From positions 1 to 53,612 of the forward strand of contig JANOHV010000023.1 in the NCBI GenBank assembly GCA_031406795.1: a stretch of 53,612 nucleotides of DNA, given 5' to 3'. Of this stretch, positions 9,940-18,559 are shown one piece after another. Numbering within the stretch: position 1 is the stretch's first letter; the number at the start of each line of letters is the position of its first letter. The notes below the pieces were generated by a model. It did not search any database. It was not told the origin of the DNA and worked only from the letters and a program-made list of their open reading frames with translations. This DNA comes from Candidatus Rokuibacteriota bacterium. Its GTDB lineage: Bacteria; JAUVQV01; DATDCY01. The position numbers and the translations under genes were made by a program.

Positions 9940-10478
9940 GCGCCCCACGCCTGCCGGCGCCATCCGTGGCGGGCACGCCGCAGCCGGAGATCGTCCGGGG
10001 CTATCTCCCCGGGGCGATCGGCAGAATCGTCGAGATGCACGGGTCGTACTACGCCACGCACTGGGGTTTCGGGGCGTTCTTCGAGGCGCGGATGGCCCGC
10101 GAACTCGGCGAGTTCGTGGACCGCTTCGACCCGCAGTGTGACGGGCTCTGGACCGCGGTGGCCGCGGGGCGGATCGAGGGTTCGATCGCGATCCAGGGGT
10201 CGCGGGCGGACGACGGGGGGGCGCACCTGCGCTGGTTCATCCTCGACGAGGCCCGTCGCGGGCGGGGCACCGGCCGACAGCTCCTCGAGGAGGCCGTCGG
10301 GTTCTGCCGCAGCCGCGGCCGCCGGCAGGTCACGCTCTGGACATTCACCGGCCTCGATGCGGCGCGGCGGCTCTACGAACAGGCCGGCTTCCGTCTGGCG
10401 GAGGAGCGACGCGGAGCGCAGTGGGGGACCGAGGTCACCGAACAGCGCTTCGAGTTGCAGCTGCCGGGGACGGGGTGA
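9936..10478 (+). CDS. GNAT family N-acetyltransferase
   Basis: LRWFIL..ARRGRGTGRQLL, LWTF.GL.AARRLYE.AGF; GTG at 9936 overlaps upstream stop. Confidence 0.9.
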   Translation: MSAPRLPAPSVAGTPQPEIVRGYLPGAIGRIVEMHGSYYATHWGFGAFFEARMARELGEFVDRFDPQCDGLWTAVAAGRIEGSIAIQGSRADDGGAHLRWFILDEARRGRGTGRQLLEEAVGFCRSRGRRQVTLWTFTGLDAARRLYEQAGFRLAEERRGAQWGTEVTEQRFELQLPGTG

Positions 10479-10515
10479 TGCGGCCTGCTGCGGGTCCGGC
10501 CGTCGCCGGAAACGG

Positions 10516-11187
10516 ATGGTCGACCAGCCGGGCGTAAACCCGCCGGGCGGGCGCTGCTCCGGCAGCGCGGAGGAGCTCGCCAACTGCATCACGCACGCCT
10601 GCGGCGCGGTGCTCGCCGTCGCCGGGCTCGCCGCGCTGGTCCTCGCCGCGGCGCGGCGCGGCACCGCCGTGCCTCTCGTCAGCGCGATTGTCTACGGCCT
10701 CACGCTGCTCGCGATGTACGCCGCCTCGACGCTTTATCACGCGACCCGCAACGCCGAAACCAGGAAGGCCCTGCGCGCCATCGACCACGCTTCGATCTTC
10801 CTGCTCATCGCCGGCACCTACACCCCGTTCACGCTCGTCACGCTGCGGGGGCCGTGGGGGTGGTCGATCTTCATCGTCGTGTGGGCACTGGCGCTCGTCG
10901 GCCTGTTTTTCGAAGGCGCACTGCGCCGCCGCGGCACGCGATTCTCGATCGGCCTGTATCTGCTGATGGGCTGGGTCGCCCTGGCGGCGATCAGGCCGCT
11001 GTTCAACGTGCTGCCCCGCGCCGGTTTCGCGCTGCTGGTCGGCGGCGGCCTGGCCTACTCGTTCGGGACGGTCTTCTACCTGACGCCGCGGCTGCCGTAT
11101 CATCACGCCTGGTGGCACCTCGCCGTGCTCTGCGGCAGTCTCCTGCATTTCCTTGCGGTGCTTCTCTACGTGATCCCGCGCGGGTAA
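10516..11187 (+). CDS. Hemolysin III / PAQR family membrane protein (TrhA/YqfA-like)
   Basis: EELANCITH, ASTLYH, DHASIFLLIAGTYTPF, HAWWHLAVL motifs. Confidence 0.92.
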   Translation: MVDQPGVNPPGGRCSGSAEELANCITHACGAVLAVAGLAALVLAAARRGTAVPLVSAIVYGLTLLAMYAASTLYHATRNAETRKALRAIDHASIFLLIAGTYTPFTLVTLRGPWGWSIFIVVWALALVGLFFEGALRRRGTRFSIGLYLLMGWVALAAIRPLFNVLPRAGFALLVGGGLAYSFGTVFYLTPRLPYHHAWWHLAVLCGSLLHFLAVLLYVIPRG

Positions 11188-11191
11188 AGGT

Positions 11192-11343
11192 AACCCTTCA
11201 ATGAACGGCGGCCCGATCAGTGCCGTTTGCCCTGAGCCCGTCGAAGGGCGCTTGTATGAAGACTTCCCGTTCGTGGTTCGACCGTTCGTCAAGCTCACGG
11301 CTCACCACGAACGCGAAAAGTTATCGCACTTCACTGAAGGGTT
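11192..11343. repeat. Miniature inverted-repeat/REP-doublet element, family A, copy 2 (inverted relative to copy 1)
   Basis: Termini AACCCTTCAATGAA / TTCACTGAAGGGTT; reverse complement aligns with 9304-9443 over its length, with a short extra insert. Confidence 0.88.
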
Positions 11344-11364
11344 GTGGTAAAGCCTCGAGGAACG

Positions 11365-11392
11365 TTGCATATCCAGCTCTTTTTGCTATACT
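11365..11392 (+). promoter_or_regulatory. Putative sigma70 promoter for leuC operon
   Basis: TTGCAT-16 nt-TATACT with TG extension. Confidence 0.5.
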
Positions 11393-11431
11393 TCAAAGGT
11401 TTGACAGGGTGCTGAAAGAGTCATGGAACGG

Positions 11432-11557
11432 GCAGGCTGATCAAAAGGGCCCAGGTGCAAGGCGCGCGACGATCCGGCGAATGAGGCGTACGAGGTGTAC
11501 GCCGCAGTGAGGCGGGAGGAGCGAAACGCAGCAGATGGGCCATTTTCAGCAGCCTGC
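11432..11557. repeat. 126-bp palindromic MITE-like element, family B, copy 1
   Basis: Imperfect terminal IRs GCAGGCTGATCAAAAGGGCCCA / TGGGCCATTTTCAGCAGCCTGC; internal GGCGTAC..GTACGCC hairpin; colinear 126-bp homolog at 49381-49506. Confidence 0.85.
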
Positions 11558-11576
11558 ATCGACAGGAGCAGGCAGC

Positions 11577-12848
11577 ATGGGCATGACCATTACCGAAAAG
11601 ATTCTGGCGGCGAAGGCCGGCCTGGAGACCGTGAGCCCGGGGCAGATCGTCCGGGTGCCGGTCGACATCGCGCTGGCGAACGACATCACCGCGCCGCTGG
11701 CGATCCAGGAGTTCGAACGGGCCGGTGCGACGGCGGTCTTCGACCGCGAAAAGGTCGTCCTCGTCCCCGATCATTTCTCGCCGAACAAGGACATCCAGTC
11801 CGCGGAGCAGTGCAAGGTGATGCGCGAGTTCGCGCGGCGCTACGAGATCGTCAACTACTTCGAACTCGGCCGGATGGGCATCGAGCACGCGCTGCTTCCC
11901 GAGGCCGGTCTCGTCCTTCCCGGCATGGTGATCGTGGGCGCGGACTCCCACACCTGCACCTACGGGGCGCTCGGGGCCTTCGCCACCGGCATGGGCAGCA
12001 CCGACCTGGCGGCCGCGTGGATCACCGGCTGGACCTGGCTCAAGGTGCCGCCCTCGCTCAAGTTCGTCTTCCACGGCACGCCGCAGCCCTGGGTCGGCGG
12101 CAAGGACTACATCCTCGCCGTGCTCGGCCGGATTGGCGTGGACGGTGCGCTCTACTCGGCGATGGAGTTCGCCGGCGAGTCGATTTCCGCGCTCGGCATC
12201 GACGGCCGCCTGACGATGTGAAACATGGCCATCGAAGGGGGCGGGAAGAACGGCATCATCGCCGCCGACGCGGTGGTGGACGCCTACCTGGCGGGGCGCA
12301 CGAGACGGCCGTACGTGAAATACGCGAGCGACCCGGACGCCGCCTATGCGAGCGTCCACGAGATCGACGTCGGCGCCCTCGAACCGCAGGTGGCCCGGCC
12401 GCACTCGCCGGCGAACGTCGTCGGCATCAGCCAGCTCGGCGCCGTGCGGATCGACCAGGCCTTCGTCGGTTCCTGCACGAACGGCCGGATCTCGGACCTG
12501 CGCGAAGCCGCCCAGGTGCTGCGCGGACGGCGCGTGCACCGCGACGTGCGGATGATCGTCATCCCCGCGACGCAGGCGATCTACCGCCAGGCGCTGCAGG
12601 AGGGGCTGCTCGACACGTTCGTCGAAGCCGGCGCCGCGGTCAGCACGCCGACGTGCGGCCCCTGCCTCGGCGGGCATATGGGCATCCTGGCGAAGGGCGA
12701 AGTCGCCGTCGCCACCTCGAACCGCAACTTTCTCGGGCGCATGGGCCACACGCAGAGCGAGGTCTACCTCGCGGGACCGGCGGTCGCGGCCGCCTCAGCG
12801 GTGCTCGGCCACATCGCCCACCCGCAGGAGCTGGGAGTCAAGCCATGA
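11577..12848 (+). CDS. leuC: 3-isopropylmalate dehydratase large subunit (short LeuC/HacA-type) with in-frame TGA at 12219-12221 (Sec, nonsense mutation or sequence error)
   Basis: MGMTITEKILA, DHF.P, GADSHTCTYGA, GSCTNGR, CGPCLGG, TSNRNF.GRMG; ORFs 11535-12221 and 12225-12848 are in the same frame, separated by TGA-AAC. Confidence 0.88.
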
Positions 12849-12966
12849 CTGTCTTGCTCCGGGGGATAGAGCTCTCGCTTGAAGGAGCTACGAACTATAC
12901 TGCACTGGTGTTCGTGCGGAGTCGTGTGAAATCAAGCATTCGCATGCCTCTGCGGGGAGATTTGCT

Positions 12967-13470
12967 ATGACAATCCGAGGTAAGGCCTGGACGTTCGGCG
13001 ACGACATCGACACCGACATCATCATCCCGGCGCGCTACCTGACCACGGTCGACCCGATCGAGCTGGCGGCGCACTGCATGGAGCCGGTGAACCCGGACTT
13101 TCCGAAGCGGGTGCGCCCGGGCGACGTCGTCGTCGGCGGGAAGAACTTCGGCTGCGGTTCCTCGCGCGAACACGCGCCGGTCGCGCTCAAGGGCTGCGGG
13201 GTCGCGGCGGTCATCGCGCCGACTTTCGCGCGGATCTTCTATCGAAACGCCTTCAACGTCGGCCTGCCGGCGATCGAGTCGGCGTCGGCAGCGGCGGCCA
13301 TCCGCGAGGGCGACGACATCGAGGTCGACCTCGCGGGCGGGTCCATCGTCAACCACACGCGCGGCGAGAGCTACCGATTCCTGGCGATTCCGCCGTTCAT
13401 GATGGAACTGGTGGCGTCGGGCGGGTTGATGAGCTGGCTGAAGAACGACATGAAGAAGGGGCGGGTGTGA
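12967..13470 (+). CDS. leuD: 3-isopropylmalate dehydratase small subunit
   Basis: GDDIDTDIIIPARYL, NFGCGSSREHAP, FARIFYRNAFNVGLP. Confidence 0.93.
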   Translation: MTIRGKAWTFGDDIDTDIIIPARYLTTVDPIELAAHCMEPVNPDFPKRVRPGDVVVGGKNFGCGSSREHAPVALKGCGVAAVIAPTFARIFYRNAFNVGLPAIESASAAAAIREGDDIEVDLAGGSIVNHTRGESYRFLAIPPFMMELVASGGLMSWLKNDMKKGRV

Positions 13471-13474
13471 GGCG

Positions 13475-14500
13475 ATGACGGACCAGCAGGGGTATGTGGT
13501 GGCGGTGGTCGGCGCGACGGGCGCCGTCGGCCAGGAGATGCTGCGCGTGCTCGCGGAGCGCGCGTTTCCGGTGCGCGAGTTGCGGGTGCTCGCCTCGGCG
13601 CGCTCGGCGGGAAAGCCGGTGGAGTTCAAGGGTCGGGAGTACATCGTTCAGGAACTCACCGACGCCTCGTTCGACGGCGTCCAGATCGCGCTGTTTTCGG
13701 CCGGCGGCAAGGTCTCCGAGCAGTACTGCCCGGTCGCCGTGCGCGCCGGCGCGATCTGCATCGACAACACCAACGCCTTCCGGATGGACCCCGCGGTCCC
13801 GCTCGTCGTGCCCGAGGTCAACCCGCACGCGATCCGCACCCACCACGGCATCATCGCCAACCCCAACTGCTCGACGATCCAGATGGTGGTGGTACTCAAG
13901 CCGCTGCACGATGCGGCGCGCGTCCGGCGCGTCATCGTCTCGACTTACCAGGCGACCTCGGGCGCCGGCAAGAAGGCGATGGACGAGCTGTTCCATCAGA
14001 CCGCCGACCTGATCGCCGGCAGGGAGATTACGCCGAAGGCCTTCCCGCACCGCATCGCCTTCAACGTGATCCCGCAGATCGACGTCTTCCTGGAGAACGG
14101 CTACACCAAGGAAGAGATGAAGATGGTCAACGAGACGAAGAAGATCATGGAGGACGACACGATCCGCGTCTCGGCGACCACCGTGCGGGTGCCGGTCTTC
14201 TTCGGTCACTCCGAGTCCGTGAACGTCGAGACCGAGCGCAAGCTCACCGCGGCCGCGGCGCGGGAGCTGCTGGCGCGGGCCCCCGGCGTCAGAGTCGTCG
14301 ACGACCCGACGAACCGCCGCTATCCGATGCCGATCGAGGCCGCCGGGCAGGACGACACGCTTGTCGGACGCATCCGCGAGGACGTCTCGCTCGAGAACGG
14401 GCTGAACCTCTGGATCGCGGCCGACAACATCCGCAAGGGGGCCGCGACCAATGCCGTCCAGATTGCGGAGATTCTCATCCGCGACGGACTGCTCTCCTAG
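13475..14500 (+). CDS. asd: Aspartate-semialdehyde dehydrogenase
   Basis: VVGATGAVG, ANPNCSTIQ, STYQA.SGAG, DNIRKGAATNAVQIAE. Confidence 0.97.
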   Translation: MTDQQGYVVAVVGATGAVGQEMLRVLAERAFPVRELRVLASARSAGKPVEFKGREYIVQELTDASFDGVQIALFSAGGKVSEQYCPVAVRAGAICIDNTNAFRMDPAVPLVVPEVNPHAIRTHHGIIANPNCSTIQMVVVLKPLHDAARVRRVIVSTYQATSGAGKKAMDELFHQTADLIAGREITPKAFPHRIAFNVIPQIDVFLENGYTKEEMKMVNETKKIMEDDTIRVSATTVRVPVFFGHSESVNVETERKLTAAAARELLARAPGVRVVDDPTNRRYPMPIEAAGQDDTLVGRIREDVSLENGLNLWIAADNIRKGAATNAVQIAEILIRDGLLS

Positions 14501-14912
14501 CAGAAGACCGGACCGAGCGGGGGGATTCTCGCTTCTCGAGGTCATCGTCGCCCTGGCCATCCTCGGGATCGGCCTCGGCGTCGTCTTTCAGGGCATCGGC
14601 CAGGGGCTGCGGCTGCGCGGCCAATCTGCGGACAACATTGCGATCGCGCTGGCGGCGGAGAGCGTGCTCGGGGGGATGGCCGAGCGGGAGGCCGCGCCCG
14701 CGGAAACCGAGGAGGGCGAGGAAGCCGGCTGCCGCTGGCGGCTCGAGACGGTGGAGCAGCCCGTGGCCTCGGGCGGAGTTGTCGACCTCGCCCCGGCGGG
14801 TGAGCGCCGCGCCGCGCCGCTGGTGGCTGTCCGCCTGACCGTCACGTCGGCCGGCGGGCGCACCTGGGAAACGACGACCCTGCTTCCTCCGGCAAAGGCC
14901 GTCGGGCCGTGA
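14451..14912 (+). CDS. gspI: T2SS minor pseudopilin GspI-like (start uncertain, overlaps asd 3' end; TTG 14463 possible)
   Basis: Prepilin cleavage motif G/FSLLEVIVALAIL. Confidence 0.75.
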   Translation: MPSRLRRFSSATDCSPSRRPDRAGGFSLLEVIVALAILGIGLGVVFQGIGQGLRLRGQSADNIAIALAAESVLGGMAEREAAPAETEEGEEAGCRWRLETVEQPVASGGVVDLAPAGERRAAPLVAVRLTVTSAGGRTWETTTLLPPAKAVGP

Positions 14913-15547
14913 GCGACGCCCGGCTTCGCGGCGATCGGCGCGGTCTGACGCTGATCGAACTGGTGCTCACCCTGACGATCCTGGCGCTTGCCGGGGCGCT
15001 CGTCTCCGGTGCGCTCGCCACGGGACTGCGCGCCTGGAAATCGGGCCTCAACAGCGGCCGCGACGAGCTGGTCGCGCGCATCGTGCTTGAGCGAATCGCG
15101 ACGCAGCTGCGCGACGCCGTGGACTCGCCCGCCGAGCGCAACGGCGCTGCCGCCATCGCCTTCGACGCCGCGGATGACCGGCTGCGCTTCGTGACGCTCG
15201 CGGCATCCGGTCAGGCGCCGGTCCAGGTCTCGTACGGCCTGCGGGTCGAAGACGGCGAGACCCGCCTCGTCTACGGCGAGTATCCCTGGCCGGACAAGGA
15301 TTTCTTCGGCGAGGGACGCCCGCGCCACGAGGAGGTTGTCCCGGAAGTCTCGGGGCTGGCGGTGACGGTGGTCAAGCGCAGCCGCAAGAAAGACGGAATC
15401 TTGGAGCCTGCGACGGGGGAGTGGAGCCCGCTGGACGGGGCGCTGCCGGCAAGTGTCGGCATCGAGATCGTGATCGGCGCGGCGGGCCGGACGGAACCGA
15501 AACGCTTTCGGATCACCGTGCCGATCCTGACGCAGAGAAGTCCTTGA
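14909..15547 (+). CDS. gspJ: T2SS minor pseudopilin GspJ-like
   Basis: RRG/LTLIELVLTLTIL prepilin motif; position between gspI and gspK. Confidence 0.75.
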   Translation: MSDARLRGDRRGLTLIELVLTLTILALAGALVSGALATGLRAWKSGLNSGRDELVARIVLERIATQLRDAVDSPAERNGAAAIAFDAADDRLRFVTLAASGQAPVQVSYGLRVEDGETRLVYGEYPWPDKDFFGEGRPRHEEVVPEVSGLAVTVVKRSRKKDGILEPATGEWSPLDGALPASVGIEIVIGAAGRTEPKRFRITVPILTQRSP

Positions 15548-16458
15548 TGGCGGGGCGACGCGCGCGCAGCGCGCAGGCAGAGGCCGGGATCGCCCTGCTG
15601 CTGGTGGTCTGGCTGCTGGCGCTGTTCACGGTGATCGCCGGCGAGTTCATGGCTTCGGGTCGAGTCAAGGCGGCCGCCGAACGCAACAAGAGCGACGACC
15701 TGCACGGCCTGGCGCTGGCGCAGGCCGGCTATCGCGCGGCGGTGGCCGCCCTGGACGGGCCGATCGAGGGGCTCGAACTCGACGCGGGCGATCAACTGCT
15801 GATCCGCTACCGCGGCCTCAAGGACGGGGTGGCTGCCGTGGCCGACGCGGTGCCGCTTGGCGACGGCACCTACTCGTGGCGCATCAGCGACGAAGACGGC
15901 CTCGTGAACATCAACAAGGCCCCGCGGCAGGTGCTCGAAGGCCTGCTGCGGGAGGGCGGGACGGAACTGGGGGCCGATCGCGACACGGTGATCGACAGCA
16001 TTCTCGACTGGCGGGACACGAACCGGGACCATCGACTCAACGGCGCCGAGGAGGACTACTACCGCGGCCTCGACCCAGCGTATTCTTCCAAGGACGGTCC
16101 CATCGACGTCATCGAGGAGCTGCTCCTCGTGCGCGGCGTGACACCGCGGATGTTCGCCGGCGGCGAGGTGGACGGGCAGCGGAAACCCGGGCTGCGCGAT
16201 CTCGCTTCCCCCCGCTCCCCGGACGAGCCCAACCCGTGGACGGCGCCGCAGGCCGTGCTGGACGCGCTGGGAAAAGCGCGGCCCGTGGCGCCGGCGGTTG
16301 CGAACGTCTTGTCGAAGCACTTCGTGATCGTCGCCACCGGGAAACCGGCCGGCGGCGGGCCGCCCCGATCGCTGCGCGCGGTGGTGCTGCGGGAAGAGGC
16401 GAGTGACAGCCGATCCTTTACCTTGGTATATTGGAACGATACGTACAATCCCGAGTGA
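15547..16458 (+). CDS. gspK: T2SS minor pseudopilin GspK
   Basis: G/IALLLVVW (no E5), DEDGLVNIN, DSILDWRD, GAE..YY, ELLLVRGVT. Confidence 0.9.
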   Translation: MAGRRARSAQAEAGIALLLVVWLLALFTVIAGEFMASGRVKAAAERNKSDDLHGLALAQAGYRAAVAALDGPIEGLELDAGDQLLIRYRGLKDGVAAVADAVPLGDGTYSWRISDEDGLVNINKAPRQVLEGLLREGGTELGADRDTVIDSILDWRDTNRDHRLNGAEEDYYRGLDPAYSSKDGPIDVIEELLLVRGVTPRMFAGGEVDGQRKPGLRDLASPRSPDEPNPWTAPQAVLDALGKARPVAPAVANVLSKHFVIVATGKPAGGGPPRSLRAVVLREEASDSRSFTLVYWNDTYNPE

Positions 16459-16477
16459 GCGGGGAGAGGGGCGGACG

Positions 16478-17956
16478 CTGAAACACAGTCTGGGCGCGAT
16501 CGTTGTCGACGGGCACCTGTGCCTGGTCTGTCTGCGCCTCGGCGTCGGCCGCGCCGAGGTGGCGGGGGTGCTGCGCGCATTGCTGCCGCCGGGTGCCGAC
16601 GAGGAGGCCGCGTTCCTGCAGGAACTGTCGGCATTCCTGATTGCCGGCCGCATACCGGCGGGCGTGCGGGTGACGCTGGGTGTGCCGCGCGCGGAGTTCA
16701 TCCTGCGGCGATTCGAGACGCCGCCCGTCAAGGCGCCGAACCTCTCCGCGCTCGTCGGCTTCGAGATGGATCGGCACCTGCCGGGCAAGCGCGAGGAGTT
16801 CCTCTGCGGCTGGCGGGTGGACGGCCGGAACGCGGACGGCGGGTATTCGGTGCTGCTCGGCGCGACGCGCAAAGCGGGCCCCGAGCGCGCAGCGGCGCTG
16901 TTGCGGCGGGCAAACCTCCAGCCCGCCTCGATCCAGCCGGAGACCTTCGCCCTCGCCGAGCTGTTCCGGCGCGCCTCGGGAGTGCGGGATCCTGCGCTGC
17001 TGGTCGATCTCGGGCACGCCTCGGTGGGACTTGATTTCATCCGCCAGGGCCGTCCCGAGTTGTCGCGGATCGTGCCCATCGACGACCCGCGGTGGAGCGA
17101 GTCCCCCGCTGTGCTCGCGGCGGCCGGCGCCCAGGATGCCGCCGGGGGCGCCATCGTACCGCGCCAGGAGGCCGCGCAGCGCCTGGGTTCCCTTCTCGCC
17201 GAGCGCCTCGCGTCGCCGCTGTTCCGGGAATCGTTTCCCGGGGGGGAGCTTCCTGAAATCCATGTCGGCGGCTACGGCGCGAATCGCAGCCAGCTGCTGG
17301 AACGGCTTCAGCAACTGCAGAAGGCCCCGCTGCGCACCTTTTCGCCCTGGCCGCTGGTTCACTGGGGGAGCCCCCCGGCCGACCTGACGCCGTACACCTC
17401 GGCGCTGGCGCTGGCTTTCGCCCAAGGCGGCTCCAAGTCCGCGGGACTCGAACTTCTCCCCGAGCGGCAGGAGGAACTGCACCGCGCGCCGAGCCTGAAG
17501 CTGACCGCGGCGCTGGCGCTGGCGCTCGCGGCGGTGCTGGTGGCGTACCTGGTCGCCTATGGCGTACGACAGCAGCGACAACTGGCGTTGGCCGATCGGG
17601 AGATCCATCTGCTCCAGTCGAAGATGAAAAAGGTCAACGAGATCAATCGTCTCGTGCAGGAACAGCGCGTCCGGCGGGATTACCTGCAGGCCAAGATGCA
17701 GCGACGGGCTCGCGCGCCAGAGATCCTGCGCGAACTCACCGGGCTGCTTCCGGACGCCGTCTATCTCAGCGAATTGACCTTCCGCGACCGGGTGGTTGAA
17801 ATCACCGGCCTCGCGCCCTCCGCGTCGCAGTTGCTGCCGGTGATCGAGGCCTCCGCGCTGTTCTCGGGCGTGGAGTTTTCCGCGCCGATCGTCGCCCAGG
17901 GAGCGGGACTCGAGCGGTTCAGGATCCGGATGCGACTGGAGGCCGCCGGTGGCTAG
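16478..17956 (+). CDS. gspL: GspL / PilM-PilN-like inner-membrane platform protein (probable CTG start at 16478)
   Basis: Actin-like cytoplasmic region, single TM, PilN-like C-terminus (ILRELT.LLP..VYL..L, ITG.A..AS.L...IE.S..F..V.F); GGAGAGG precedes CTG 16478. Confidence 0.75.
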   Translation: MKHSLGAIVVDGHLCLVCLRLGVGRAEVAGVLRALLPPGADEEAAFLQELSAFLIAGRIPAGVRVTLGVPRAEFILRRFETPPVKAPNLSALVGFEMDRHLPGKREEFLCGWRVDGRNADGGYSVLLGATRKAGPERAAALLRRANLQPASIQPETFALAELFRRASGVRDPALLVDLGHASVGLDFIRQGRPELSRIVPIDDPRWSESPAVLAAAGAQDAAGGAIVPRQEAAQRLGSLLAERLASPLFRESFPGGELPEIHVGGYGANRSQLLERLQQLQKAPLRTFSPWPLVHWGSPPADLTPYTSALALAFAQGGSKSAGLELLPERQEELHRAPSLKLTAALALALAAVLVAYLVAYGVRQQRQLALADREIHLLQSKMKKVNEINRLVQEQRVRRDYLQAKMQRRARAPEILRELTGLLPDAVYLSELTFRDRVVEITGLAPSASQLLPVIEASALFSGVEFSAPIVAQGAGLERFRIRMRLEAAGG

Positions 17957-18557
17957 GAAGATCAGCGCGCGCGAACGGAAGTTCCTCATCGCGGGCGCGG
18001 GCCTGCTCGTTCTCTATCTGGTCCTGGCGAGAGCGGGCCTGCCGAAGATGCTCGCCGGTGTGACGAGCATCGGCCCGCAGGCGGAGAGGCTCCTGACCGA
18101 GAAGCTGGAAAGGATCGAAGCCTATCGTCAGTCCGTCGGGCGGGAGAATTCCCTGGGCGCGGAAGCGGCCGCGCTCGCGACCGAGATCACCGCCTACGAG
18201 AGCGCGCTGCTGCCGGGGGCGACGCCGCCGCTCGCCGCCGCCGATCTCCAGACGTTGCTCAAGCAGTTCTCCGACCGTTCGGGGCTCAAGATCCGGAGCG
18301 AGAAGATCCTTCCCCACGTCAAGCGCGATTTCTACCTCGAGATTCCCGTGCAGATCGTCGCCGTCGGCGACATCCGCAATCTGAAGGAGTTCCTGCTCGC
18401 GGTGGATGCGAGCAAGACGTACATCGGGGTGCAGGATGTCAACCTGCGCACCGTCCCGCGTCGTCAGCTCGTCGCGGAGACGCGCGCGTATGTGGACGTC
18501 AACGAAATCCAGGCCGGCATGACGCTGGTCGGGCTGATTCACGGCGCGCGGAACTGA
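17949..18557 (+). CDS. gspM: GspM/PilO-like protein
   Basis: S.RER.FL N-terminus, single TM, coiled coil, ferredoxin-like C-terminal region; follows gspL. Confidence 0.72.
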   Translation: MARKISARERKFLIAGAGLLVLYLVLARAGLPKMLAGVTSIGPQAERLLTEKLERIEAYRQSVGRENSLGAEAAALATEITAYESALLPGATPPLAAADLQTLLKQFSDRSGLKIRSEKILPHVKRDFYLEIPVQIVAVGDIRNLKEFLLAVDASKTYIGVQDVNLRTVPRRQLVAETRAYVDVNEIQAGMTLVGLIHGARN

Positions 18558-18559
18558 TC

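Noticed and set aside
9304-11557. CRISPR array interpretation of the palindromic repeats
   Set aside because: No regularly spaced direct repeats with unique spacers and no cas genes.
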